DNA of 64,000 nucleotides from an uncultured delta proteobacterium. GTDB lineage: Bacteria > Desulfobacterota > Desulfobacteria > Desulfobacterales > QNYZ01. Shown here piece after piece: positions 50,479 to 61,549 of the stretch. The first letter of the stretch is position 1. Each line of letters starts with the position of its first letter. The stretch spans positions 64,001 to 128,000 of the forward strand of contig CAWJQU010000017.1 of NCBI GenBank assembly GCA_963845145.1, in the 5' to 3' direction. The notes beneath the pieces were generated by a model, which was not told the DNA's origin, made no database searches, and was given only the letters and a program-made list of their open reading frames with translations. A program made the position numbers and the translations under genes.

Positions 50479-51144
50479 ATGAAAATCAATGAAAAAATAC
50501 AAGGGTTTATGTGGGAATCTTTTAATGTAAACAATTGCAATACCTACCTTATTCATGGTGACACCAATATTTTGATCGATCCCGGGCATAAGCATTTATT
50601 CGATCACGTTGAAAAAGATCTGGATACGGCCGGATATGCATTAAGTGACATTGACCTGGTTATCTGTACCCATGGCCACCCTGATCATATAGAAGGCGTG
50701 AGTCTATTTAAGGATTTGCCGGCTCGAACAACATTGCATACCGAGGAATGGGATTTCGTTAAAAATATGGCGCCGCGCTTTCAGTCTTCCCTGGGAGAGG
50801 CCTTTAACGACTTGGCGCCCGATTTTTTCCTGACCGAGGGCGATTTGGCGGCAGGCGATATTCAGTTGCAAGTATTTCATACACCGGGCCACTCTCCCGG
50901 ATCCGTGTGCTTGTATTGGCCCGCGCAAAAGTTGCTGATCACCGGAGATCTTATCTTCAAGGAAGGCCTGGGGCGGACGGACCTTCCCGGCGGTGACGGA
51001 AATCTTATTAAAGTGAGCATTCAGCGCATGGCCGAGCTGGATATCGAATGGGTGTTGCCCGGACATGGAGAGATTATTGTCGGCAGGGAAGCCGTCAAGG
51101 CCAATTTCGATCAATTGGCGAGCTATTGGTTTGCCTATGTCTGA
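50479..51144 (+). CDS. MBL-fold metallo-hydrolase (glyoxalase II-like)
   Basis: THGHPDH, TPGHSPGS, TGDLIF, GRTDLPGG, PGHG. Confidence 0.92.
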   Translation: MKINEKIQGFMWESFNVNNCNTYLIHGDTNILIDPGHKHLFDHVEKDLDTAGYALSDIDLVICTHGHPDHIEGVSLFKDLPARTTLHTEEWDFVKNMAPRFQSSLGEAFNDLAPDFFLTEGDLAAGDIQLQVFHTPGHSPGSVCLYWPAQKLLITGDLIFKEGLGRTDLPGGDGNLIKVSIQRMAELDIEWVLPGHGEIIVGREAVKANFDQLASYWFAYV

Positions 51145-51203
51145 AGGTACCTCAGATCTTTTATAATAGGACTATTTGAACCTGATTCCCAACCGAAAGC
51201 ATT

Positions 51204-51737
51204 CTATTGGGCAATCATGCGTTGTTTTTCTAACGCGAGTTGATCTTGAAAACGCTCGGCGACAACCTGACGCTTTTGCTGCCAGTCCGGATCGGTTTCG
51301 ATATTGGGTATCACGGCCGTACCGGATATTTTAAAATTGTTGGAGAGGGCGGATTTTAATACTTCAATATGTCTGTTTTTCAGATCCTCAACGCTTAGGC
51401 GGTATTGATCCAGGACGGTAGATACGGATGATATATCCAACTTGAAATGGTCCGCAAGCAGGTCTAATCGTCGGGTGCTGTCGTGATTTAATCCCACTCC
51501 GTCTAATACCATTTCAAGAATGTGGGCAGCCGTGTCGGGGCCAAATTTGTTTTGGAGTTCTTCCAACTGCTCATCAAACTCGCTCAGCTTAATCGCCTGA
51601 TCATCCACTTTCTGAATCAGCCCCGTTAACCGTTTTTTTAACTCGGTTTGCCGCTGCTTTTCTTTTTCACTCTCGCTCATAGCCAGATTCTTGGTCCGTT
51701 CCATGACAAGATCCAACGTACTTTTTATTTCGCCCAT
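51204..51737 (-). CDS. Conserved hypothetical protein
   Basis: 177-aa helical ORF MGEIKSTLDLVMERTK...ISGTAVIPN with GGAGG RBS. Confidence 0.75.
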   Translation of the reverse strand: MGEIKSTLDLVMERTKNLAMSESEKEKQRQTELKKRLTGLIQKVDDQAIKLSEFDEQLEELQNKFGPDTAAHILEMVLDGVGLNHDSTRRLDLLADHFKLDISSVSTVLDQYRLSVEDLKNRHIEVLKSALSNNFKISGTAVIPNIETDPDWQQKRQVVAERFQDQLALEKQRMIAQ

Positions 51738-52042
51738 TTATCCTCCGTTTTTACTATGTATTTTCAGCGGTCATGGCCGGTGTCACAGGGAACTGAATGA
51801 ACAGGCTTTTGTCTTGGATGGTCATATAAGTTCCCATTTCGTCATCTCAATCATTTCTGAGCATTGCCAACGGGAATGGCCCCCGTAAGGCTGCACCCTA
51901 TTTGGTTGACACTGAACCAAGACACCCTTATTTTTTGAAATGATTATGGTCGATTGAATTGTAAAATCTCCTTAGGCTCAATGATAGATACTGCCGAAAA
52001 GAGACATTGTAAAACAAAAAATAATATTGTGGAGGTTCGATT

Positions 52043-53701
52043 ATGGTGGATTCATTTGAACCGGGCGCGCCCCAAGATTCTGACATGAATGATGAGCATA
52101 TTCGGCAGCTTCAAAATACATTCAAAAACCTGCCGAACAATATAGAGCTGTTTTTATTTACGGAAAAGGGCAAAGACGACGTTTTTTGTGACGCTACACG
52201 GCAAGTGGTTCGTGCCTTTAGGGGCTTGACTGACCGAATCACGATGCGGGAATATGATTTAAGCCATGCAAAAGCGCTTGAGTACGGGGTCGTTGAATCA
52301 CCGACGTTGGTCATTGCCCCTGATCGATATCACATTCGCTGGATCGGTGCGCCCATGGGCGAAGAAGGTCGGACCTTTTTAGAGACGATGCTTCTCATCG
52401 GACTGGGCGACAGTCGGTTGAGCGAAGAATCCCGGCGTGTTATCGATAAGATTGATTCGCCGCGGCGGGTGAAGGTCTTTGTCAGCCCAACTTGTCCGTA
52501 TTGTCCCCAGGAAGCCATTAACGGTGTAAAGGCGGCTATGGCGAATCCTGATTTGATCTCTCTCGAGATCATTGATACCCAGTGCAAGCCGAAGATTGCC
52601 GAGCAATATTCGGCCCACAGCGTGCCCCAGGCCTATGCCAATGATGTGTTGATCGGAATGGGGGCTCAAACCGAAGAGGTTTTCTGCGACTCTCTTTTAA
52701 AGCTCCAGGCCCAGACGATCTTTATTCCGGAGAGTGATGCCGAAGAAGTGGAAACGGATGTGGTCATCGTGGGCGGTGGTCCGGCCGGGTTGACAGCCGG
52801 TATTTACCTGGTCCGAAGCGGATTAAAAACAGCCGTGATCGAACGCGATACGTTGGGCGGTCAGGTTGCCACAACCCCCGTGGTGGAAAACTATCCGGGG
52901 TTGACCCAGGTCGGGGGAAAGGCCCTGGTCGATATGCTGGTATCCCATGCCCTGGAATATGTGCAGATTTTTCAGGGCGAGGAAGTGGTGGGTATCGAGC
53001 CGGATGTGCCGTTGACGGTTCAGACCTCCCGCCGTAAATTTAAAACAAAATCCATTTTGTTGGCCACAGGGGCCAGCCATCGTCATTTGAATGTTCCCGG
53101 TGAAAGCCGTTTGTCGGGTAAAGGCGTCAGCTACTGCGCCACCTGCGATGGGCCACTGTTTAAGGGGCGTAAAGTCGTGATGATCGGCGGCGGAAACAGT
53201 GCGGTAACCGAAGCAATGTATCTCAAACACATGGGAGCCGATGTTACCCTGATTCACCGGCGCGATACCTTGCGGGCCCAGGAGTTTCTGGTCAACCGGC
53301 TGGAAGAAAGCCAAGTGCCCATTATATGGAACACGCAAGTCAAGGAAATTCGAGGGGCGGATCGGGTAACCGAAGTAGCATTGGCCAATACGCAAACACA
53401 GGAATTAACGACATTGGAAACGGATGCCGTATTTATTTCCATCGGGTACACTCCCGCCACGGAACTCGCGGATAAAGTCGGTATCACGTTGACCTCGGAA
53501 GGGTATATCGATCGAGATGAGCGTCATCGTACCAACATACCGGGCATCTATTCGGCTGGAGATGTGGAAGGCGGCTATAAACAGATCGTGACGGCCACCG
53601 GCCAGGGCGCTGAAGCGGCCATGAGTATATTCGAAGATATCATCAACCCTTACTGGCTAAAGCAGCGTGAAGAAAAGGCCGCTGTTTCAGCGCGTGGATA
53701 A
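52043..53701 (+). CDS. AhpF-like thioredoxin reductase with N-terminal double-thioredoxin domain
   Basis: CPYC in the N-domain; GGGPAG, GVSYCATCDG, GGGNSA, HRRD, SAGDV. Confidence 0.9.
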   Translation: MVDSFEPGAPQDSDMNDEHIRQLQNTFKNLPNNIELFLFTEKGKDDVFCDATRQVVRAFRGLTDRITMREYDLSHAKALEYGVVESPTLVIAPDRYHIRWIGAPMGEEGRTFLETMLLIGLGDSRLSEESRRVIDKIDSPRRVKVFVSPTCPYCPQEAINGVKAAMANPDLISLEIIDTQCKPKIAEQYSAHSVPQAYANDVLIGMGAQTEEVFCDSLLKLQAQTIFIPESDAEEVETDVVIVGGGPAGLTAGIYLVRSGLKTAVIERDTLGGQVATTPVVENYPGLTQVGGKALVDMLVSHALEYVQIFQGEEVVGIEPDVPLTVQTSRRKFKTKSILLATGASHRHLNVPGESRLSGKGVSYCATCDGPLFKGRKVVMIGGGNSAVTEAMYLKHMGADVTLIHRRDTLRAQEFLVNRLEESQVPIIWNTQVKEIRGADRVTEVALANTQTQELTTLETDAVFISIGYTPATELADKVGITLTSEGYIDRDERHRTNIPGIYSAGDVEGGYKQIVTATGQGAEAAMSIFEDIINPYWLKQREEKAAVSARG

Positions 53702-53756
53702 AAAGGCTCATGGAGAGGCAAAGCATTTAATTTCAATTTATATGCAGCACTATGTT

Positions 53757-54884
53757 TTATTTTGAAAACAGGGACTGTTGCTGCGGGGTCCCCGGAAGAT
53801 CAGAAAGTTCATGAGCATCGTCGAGATCCGGTTCCCAGGGACAATAGGTGACCTGAACGGTATTGGGGCGTACCGGGCGTAGTCCGGTGATCTCGTCAAA
53901 ACGCAGATCCTTCTCCTGAGCCGTCATGACCGGAAAACCAAAATGGGCGTTGGTATGCTTGAACTTGTAGTTGTCGTCAAGGCGTGCTGCAATGAATTGG
54001 CGGTGGGTCTTTAGCCTTTGCCCGATTTTTTGATTGGCCGCGCTTTGAATGGCGGGGAGATCGGCAAAAACACCTGTTTCAAAATTGGGGTCCATATCAA
54101 AACCCACGCTGTTTCGACCCGCTGCCATGGCGGCCCAGAGGGTGGTACCGGTGCCTAAAAAAGGATCGAGGACCGTATCCTGCTTCATCGAGTACATATT
54201 GATCAAACGATAGGGAAGTTCAAAAGGAAAGGCCGCGCTCCGCTTTCTTAAATGGCTGTCGCCCAATGCCTGACGGCTTCCTTTGATATCAAACCATATG
54301 TCTGAAAACCAGAGGTTGCGTTCTTCCCAGAAGAAAGCGCTTTCCCGGCGCAACTGTTTTTGTTCCGGATCCGAGAATTCCCTCTTGCCCCCTTTTCTTA
54401 CCACGAGAATATATTCATGTTCCAGGGTGACATAGGCCCCGGCCGGAAGCATGCCCGAACCCATAAATTTATTGGGGGCGTTTGTCTGTTTGCGCCAGAG
54501 AATATCGGGTAACGGGGTAAAACCAAGCGCTATCAGTTTTGACAGGATGCGGGCATGGTTGGGGTATAGGGCGAATTCATCGCCGATGGTGCGGGTGGCG
54601 TCGCCGATGTTGATGCAGGCAAACCGGCCGGGTTTTAAGATTCGAAAAACCTCCGTCCAGACCTCATCGAGTAAAGCATGCATGGCTTCAAACGCCGCAA
54701 AACCACTCCCTTTCTTCAGGGCTTTTTTAATGGCTGCCCGTTGATTCCCCAAAATAGCATCCCACATGGCAATCATGGGGTAGGGCGGTGAGGTTACCAC
54801 CAGGTCGACACCGTTGTCCGGTACAGCAGACATTTTCCTGGCATCGCTCCAGATAGCCCGATGATCGGTGACCACTTCTTCCAT
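53757..54884 (-). CDS. Beta-class DNA methyltransferase (SPPY, probably N4-cytosine), orphan
   Basis: VVTSPPY, INIGD, ILWRK, AAFPFEL, VLDPFLGTGTT; start taken at MEEVVT. Confidence 0.85.
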   Translation of the reverse strand: MEEVVTDHRAIWSDARKMSAVPDNGVDLVVTSPPYPMIAMWDAILGNQRAAIKKALKKGSGFAAFEAMHALLDEVWTEVFRILKPGRFACINIGDATRTIGDEFALYPNHARILSKLIALGFTPLPDILWRKQTNAPNKFMGSGMLPAGAYVTLEHEYILVVRKGGKREFSDPEQKQLRRESAFFWEERNLWFSDIWFDIKGSRQALGDSHLRKRSAAFPFELPYRLINMYSMKQDTVLDPFLGTGTTLWAAMAAGRNSVGFDMDPNFETGVFADLPAIQSAANQKIGQRLKTHRQFIAARLDDNYKFKHTNAHFGFPVMTAQEKDLRFDEITGLRPVRPNTVQVTYCPWEPDLDDAHELSDLPGTPQQQSLFSK

Positions 54885-54889
54885 AGCCG

Positions 54890-56342
54890 TCAATGTATTG
54901 TGCTCTTTCCGCTCTTTTTCCCTGTTGCGATTAATTTTTTGGCCAGCGTCAACGCAGCGGTCCGGTCCTGGATGTGCCCGTCGTCCTGGGCCCGGCGAAT
55001 TTTCCCTAATATTTTTCCGACTAAAGGGCCCGGCCGAACAACCTAACGCTAAAAGGTCTTTTCCTCCGAGCAACGCATTCTCTGGTGACAATAAGGGCTT
55101 TATCGTCCGGTCAAAATTGGCAATGATCTTTTTTGCCCAGGCCAGATACGCCTGTCGATAGGCATGATTGGATTCAGGCCCTCGGGTGGCGAGGACATCC
55201 GCCATTCCGTGAATGATCAGAGAAATGGTGTTGTCGGTTAATTTTCTAAAAAGGGCTGTGCGGGTGGCCGGCCGTACGTCAGGATGGGAAATAGATAGAA
55301 TGTGCAGGTGCTTGGCCACGATGGTAACCAGATAAGAACGATCCGTATTAGACAATCGCAAGCGGCGGGCCACCTGTTCGACCAAGTCTGCACCCAATTT
55401 ATCGTGACCATAAAATGTAATTCGCCCGGTGGATGGGTTGACGCCCCGTGCATAGGGTTTTCCCACATCATGGAGCAAAGCCGCCAGCTTTAACGGAGCC
55501 ACGCGGCGCTTGTCCTGAAAATGGCTTTGAATGACCGGGGCACACTCGTTAAAGTGATGGGCGGGATTATGGATGATCTTTTCACAATGATTTAGCACCA
55601 TCAAGGAGTGGGGCCAGACGTCAAGATGGTGGTGGGCGTTTTGGGGACAGTTTTTCATTTCTTTAATTTCGGGGAACAGGTTGGGCAGTATGCGCCATTC
55701 ATCCATCCATCTTATCAGAGCCGTGCTGTTACTGTTTTCTAATATCTTTCTAAGCTCGGTCCAGATTCGTTCCCCGGCAACGTGATTGATTAAATGGGCA
55801 TGCGAGCGGATGGAGGCGATGGTATCGGAATGAATTTCAAATTCGAGTTCGGCTGAAAAACGCACTGCACGCAATAACCGTAAAGCGTCATTGTCGAACA
55901 CATCCGGTCCGACAACACGAAGCTTTTTGTTTCGAATATCGGTCATCCCACGAAAAGGATCAAGAAGGTTCCCCGGCCGGCCACCTGGGTCGATTCCCAG
56001 AGCCATGGCATTGACGGTAAAATCCCTATGGGCCAGGTCGGCCGTGATGCCATTCTCTCGTATTTCTGAGATGTCAAGGGTGTCTTTTCGCCGGTTCGGA
56101 TCTATCAAGCGGTAGCATTGGGCTGTTGCTTTTTTGGTAAAAGGGACCATGGCGGCCCCATGAATAGAAGCCAGTTTTTCGGCAAGGTGTTTTGCCTTAT
56201 CGCAGACCAGATCGATGTCTGCGACTGGGCGGCCCATTTGACGGTCACGCACGGCACCACCGACCAGATAGCATGCCCCATCGGATTTTTTTATAGGAGC
56301 CAGCCATCTGGTTAGCTTATCGTCGAGGGTATCAGCCATCAT
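54890..56342 (-). CDS. tRNA nucleotidyltransferase / poly(A) polymerase family with HD domain; 1-nt frameshift near 55023-55028
   Basis: LVGGAVRD, DIDL, RDFTVNAMA, LRLLRAVRF, ALLHDVGKP; removing one base restores the tail GPLVGKILGKIRRAQDDGHIQDRTAAL..., ending at TGA 54890-54892. Confidence 0.85.
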
Positions 56343-56471
56343 TAAAGGAAACACAAAGAATGGGTAAGGTGCATATCGCCTGCTTTAGCCGGTATCATGG
56401 GCCCGGAAACTTGCGGCATCGGTATGGAACTAAAAAGGCCCTGCGATAAGCGCAAGGCCTGATCAGCCATG

Positions 56472-56548
56472 TGGTCGGGACGGCTGGATTTGAACCAGCG
56501 ACCCCAGCGTCCCGAACGCTGTGCTCTACCAGACTGAGCCACGTCCCG
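56472..56548 (-). tRNA. tRNA-Pro(CGG)
   Basis: CGGGACGTGGCTCAGTCTGGTAGAGCA-CAGCG-TTCGGGA-CGCTG-GGGTC-GCTGGTTCAAATCCAGC-CGTCCCG-ACCA. Confidence 0.97.
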
Positions 56549-56604
56549 ACAAACGATCCGGTACCTTTTAAGTCACTCGTACTTTGTTGTCAATATTTAT
56601 TGAA

Positions 56605-57915
<1,311 letters not shown>

Positions 57916-58413
57916 CTAAATATTACGATGCGGGTTGTCAGGATGATTGTTGCCCGTGCGTCGTTTTTTGAAAAATGCTTGAATTAGTTGGCGACATTGG
58001 GTTTCGTACACCCCTTTTTCAACGTCAATCTGATGGTTAAACTTTGAATCGTTACAAAAATCATATAATGAACCGGCCGCCCCCCACTTCGGGTCCGGTG
58101 CACCGAAGACCAATCGTTTAATCCGTGCATGGATAATGGCGCCCATGCACATCACACAAGGTTCAATGGTAACATACAAGGTGGTATCCAACAACCGATA
58201 ATTGGACCGTTTTCGCCCCCCTTCGCGCAAGGCTAAAATCTCGGCATGGGCGGTTGCGTCAGAAGACGAGATCGATTGATTGTGCGTGCCGGCAAGTATT
58301 CTTCGGCTATCGCTGTCTAAAAGCACGGCGCCCACGGGTACCTCTCCCTGTTCTTCGGCGGTTTTTGCCAAATCAAGGGCCATCTGCATAAAATTTTCAT
58401 CCCCAGATGTCAT
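57916..58413 (-). CDS. tadA: tRNA adenosine(34) deaminase
   Basis: GEVPVGAV, TAHAE, NYRL, EPCVMC, FFKKRR; start taken at MTSGDE. Confidence 0.95.
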   Translation of the reverse strand: MTSGDENFMQMALDLAKTAEEQGEVPVGAVLLDSDSRRILAGTHNQSISSSDATAHAEILALREGGRKRSNYRLLDTTLYVTIEPCVMCMGAIIHARIKRLVFGAPDPKWGAAGSLYDFCNDSKFNHQIDVEKGVYETQCRQLIQAFFKKRRTGNNHPDNPHRNI

Positions 58414-58441
58414 GCGGGCGGTTATACTCGACCAGAATAAC

Positions 58442-58469
58442 CGGATCAAGATAATTCGGATCAAGATAA
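58442..58469. repeat. Tandem duplication CGGATCAAGATAA x2 upstream of tadA
   Basis: Identical 13-mers at 58442-58454 and 58457-58469. Confidence 0.75.
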
Positions 58470-58603
58470 ATTGTTTCCAAAGATCAAGTGTGACTATGTC
58501 TGTAATAAAAGGTTATTTGTTGGGGGTCGGGAAAAAACGTGGAAAGGATCATTGACAAGGTTCCCTTAAATGAATTAAAAGGTCGTTGCCGCAAACAAAA
58601 AGT

Positions 58604-58681
58604 GCGCCCGTAGCTCAGCCTGGATAGAGCGCCGGACTACGAATCCGTAGGCCGCAGGTTCGAATCCTGCCGGGCGCACCA
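58604..58681 (+). tRNA. tRNA-Arg(ACG)
   Basis: GCGCCCGTAGCTCAGCCTGGATAGAGCG-CCGGA-CTACGAA-TCCGT-AGGCC-GCAGGTTCGAATCCTGC-CGGGCGC-ACCA. Confidence 0.96.
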
Positions 58682-58977
58682 CTTCTCAATCATTGTATTG
58701 GATTTAACCCTCTTAGAGATCCCTTATTTAACCCTGACGATAAATATAATGATTCGGTATCCTAAAGTAATCCATAGGCCATCCGCCGGCCGCCGCGCAA
58801 TAATTGCTTCTTCTCTGTTTTTGTCACCAAACAGACTGCTGTAAGGACTTTTACGAGAAGAAGTCCCATAAAATACTGAAAAATGAATATTTTCTCTTGA
58901 CTATCGATTTTATTTTTAATAACCACATGGCAGGTCTAAACTTTAGGAAAACCCCCAAAGCTCTGAAAGGAGGCGCG

Positions 58978-59241
58978 ATGACAAAGGCTGAGTTGGTTGA
59001 ACAAATGGCTAAGGATGCGGGAATCACAAAGGTCGCCGCCGGTAAGGCGCTCCAATCATTTCTGGATGGAATCTCTGCCGGATTAAAAAAACGCAACAGC
59101 CGGGTAACATTGGTCGGATTTGGAACTTTTAAAAAAGTGTATCGCAAAACCCGTTGGGGGCGCAATCCTCAGACCGGTGAGAAGATGAAGATCAAGGGTC
59201 GTAACGCTGTGACATTTAAAGCGGGAAAAAATTTGATATAG
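58978..59241 (+). CDS. hup: DNA-binding protein HU
   Basis: MTKAELV, VTLVGFGTF, GRNPQTGE, FKAGK; AGGAGG RBS. Confidence 0.95.
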   Translation: MTKAELVEQMAKDAGITKVAAGKALQSFLDGISAGLKKRNSRVTLVGFGTFKKVYRKTRWGRNPQTGEKMKIKGRNAVTFKAGKNLI

Positions 59242-59284
59242 AATAAATCCAAAATTTAGAGATGTGACCAAAATTTAGAAATGC

Positions 59285-59320
59285 GACAGGGTGATGCCAA
59301 AACTTGGCTCACCCTGTTTT
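59285..59320 (+). terminator. Intrinsic terminator after hup
   Basis: ACAGGGTGA-TGCCAA-AAC-TTGGC-TCACCCTGT-TTT. Confidence 0.8.
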
Positions 59321-59337
59321 CGATTAAGGAAGTATCA

Positions 59338-60606
59338 TCAACATCGGCCGGTATTCGCGCGGGCTGCGGCATACTTTTCAATGGTTAACAGCAGTGCCTG
59401 GTAACCGTCAGCCACGTCGGCGGGTCGGACGGATTCTGCCGGATGGTGGCTGATACCGCCCTGGCAGCGTACGAAAATCATGCCTACTGGACACATCGTG
59501 GCCATGATTTCGGCATCGTGTCCGGCCCCGCTTGTCATCTTAAATACCCGATCCGTTATTTTGCTACACGCTGCGGCGATGATCTCCGTAAGATGCGGGT
59601 CGGTGGAAATGGCGGGCTGGTTCATCATCGTCCGTATCTCAACATCGAGTCGACGATCATGTGCAGTGGCGTGTATTCTATCGCACACTTGGCGGTATGC
59701 CTTGGCTCGCTGCTCATCGGAAAATGCACGCAGGTCGATGGAAAATGAGACACGGCCGGGGATAACATTGGCAGACCCGGGTTCTGCGCTGACGCTTCCG
59801 ACCGTTGCGACGACATCCCCTTTTTCGCGGGCAATTTGTTCAACGGCTAAAACAGCCTCGGCCGCTCCTGCGAGCGCATCCCGGCGTAACGGCATCGGGA
59901 CGGTTCCCGCGTGTCCGGCCTGCCCCTGCAGAATGCATTTGGCAAAGGTCTGTCCCTGAATGCCGCTGACGGCAGCAATACTTAAATCGTCGGCCTCCAG
60001 GCAAGGGCCTTGTTCGATATGAAGTTCCACATAGGCTGCCAATTCTTCCGGCTGGCGTGTCGCTTCGAAAATTTGGCTTGGCCTTAACCCGAATAATTCT
60101 AGCGCTTCGGCCAGCGTGATCCCCTCGGCATCTTGTTTGACAAGATCTTCTTCTTTTAGTTGACCTGTAACACTTCGGCTACCAATAAAGGGGATCGGAA
60201 ATCGTGCGCCTTCTTCGTCGGCAAAGGCATAGACTTCAACGGCAAAGGGAAATCGGAGACGTTTCTCATAAATAGTGTTGACGCATTCAATGGCCGTAAC
60301 AATACCAAGGATACCGTCATATCGCCCTGCATCGCGAACGGTGTCGAAATGGGATCCTATGATCATGGCCGGCATGTTTGACAGCACACCCTCATACCGG
60401 CCCACAACGTTGCCGGCGGTATCCATTCGGGCAGACATGCCTGCTTTTTTCATCCAGCTGGAAATCATTTCTGCTGCCAGGCGGTGTTCCGGTGTCAAAT
60501 AGGTTCTAAAATAGGCATCGTTCAAAGAGCTGAATTGGCGTAATTGGTCGCAACGCCGCATGATTCGTTGCGCAATGGCAATCGTCGTATCCTGTTTAAA
60601 TTTCAT
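59338..60606 (-). CDS. M20 allantoate amidohydrolase / N-carbamoyl-amino-acid hydrolase
   Basis: GSHFDTV, GRYDG, DEEGARF, ELHIEQGP, GHAGT, SGAGHDA, SHHPAE. Confidence 0.9.
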   Translation of the reverse strand: MKFKQDTTIAIAQRIMRRCDQLRQFSSLNDAYFRTYLTPEHRLAAEMISSWMKKAGMSARMDTAGNVVGRYEGVLSNMPAMIIGSHFDTVRDAGRYDGILGIVTAIECVNTIYEKRLRFPFAVEVYAFADEEGARFPIPFIGSRSVTGQLKEEDLVKQDAEGITLAEALELFGLRPSQIFEATRQPEELAAYVELHIEQGPCLEADDLSIAAVSGIQGQTFAKCILQGQAGHAGTVPMPLRRDALAGAAEAVLAVEQIAREKGDVVATVGSVSAEPGSANVIPGRVSFSIDLRAFSDEQRAKAYRQVCDRIHATAHDRRLDVEIRTMMNQPAISTDPHLTEIIAAACSKITDRVFKMTSGAGHDAEIMATMCPVGMIFVRCQGGISHHPAESVRPADVADGYQALLLTIEKYAAARANTGRC

Positions 60607-60654
60607 ATTCGACCTGCTGTCTGGTGTTCACCCTCGTTCTGTGGACGGCGATGT

Positions 60655-61386
60655 TTATTTTTTTAACATCGGCTCCTTATCAAGCAGCGTCTTCCATACT
60701 TGTTCAAACATTGCCTGAGAAGCATCATAGGCCGCCTGAGCCTTTTTGCCCCGAATGGCCGCCAACATCGCGTCATGATGCGGTAGTGATGCCCGTTGAG
60801 CCTTAATATCGTCGCGGTCCGACTTGCGCGCCATTTGGACCGCCTGGCGCATGGTATGGCCAATCTGAGCGAGCAGTTCATTGTGGCAGGCATTTAGAAT
60901 GGAAGTATGAAATGCCATATCGATGTCCAGATACCGGTCGTAGTTATATGACTCCTCGCGGTCTAACGTGGCGTCAAGTTTTTCATACCAGGATTGGATC
61001 CGCGCGATCTCTTCCGGAGTGGCCCGCTCGGCGGCGTACCGGCAAGCTTCGGACTCGATAATTCGCCGGACCTCAGTGACCTTTTTAAAAAAAGTTATTT
61101 TATGTCCGGATTTTAAGGTCCACAGCATGATATCCGCATCAAACAGGTTCCAGTTGTCACGAGGCTGAATTTGGGTGCCTATCTTCGGTCGTGTGGAAAT
61201 CAAGCCCTTTTGGGTAAGTACTTTGGTTGCTTCCCGCAGAACCCCTCGGCTAACACCATACGTTTGGCAAAGTGAATCCTCATTTGGAAGCGTATCGCCC
61301 GGACCAATAAATCCGGAAACAATTTGATTGCCAATCTCTTCAACGAGGTATTCGTAAAGTTTGCGATGTAAATTTTTCGGTTTCAT
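60655..61386 (-). CDS. FadR/GntR-family regulator
   Basis: LPNED.L...GVSR.VLREA.K.L..KGL...RPKIGT, WNLFD, D.AFH; start MKPKNL. Confidence 0.92.
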   Translation of the reverse strand: MKPKNLHRKLYEYLVEEIGNQIVSGFIGPGDTLPNEDSLCQTYGVSRGVLREATKVLTQKGLISTRPKIGTQIQPRDNWNLFDADIMLWTLKSGHKITFFKKVTEVRRIIESEACRYAAERATPEEIARIQSWYEKLDATLDREESYNYDRYLDIDMAFHTSILNACHNELLAQIGHTMRQAVQMARKSDRDDIKAQRASLPHHDAMLAAIRGKKAQAAYDASQAMFEQVWKTLLDKEPMLKK

Positions 61387-61463
61387 CTTTTTGAGTAGAC
61401 ACACATTATAGACGGTTTTGGCTAAAAAGGGGCTTGACAGCACCTTGGGATTTGACTAATTTC

Positions 61464-61488
61464 TATTCGTATAATCATTATATGAATA
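61464..61488. promoter_or_regulatory. 25-bp palindrome, candidate operator between the regulator and rocD
   Basis: TATTCGTATAAT-C-ATTATATGAATA (one mismatch). Confidence 0.65.
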
Positions 61489-61549
61489 ACGCAAGGTCTT
61501 TCTAACCAAATTTTTTTAACCAGGTCTTTCAAACCGCGACAAGTGGGGG

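Noticed and set aside
53757..56354. Novel 865-aa CCA-enzyme/DNA-methylase fusion protein
   Set aside because: The canonical nucleotidyltransferase C-terminus is present in another frame; one extra base explains the fusion.
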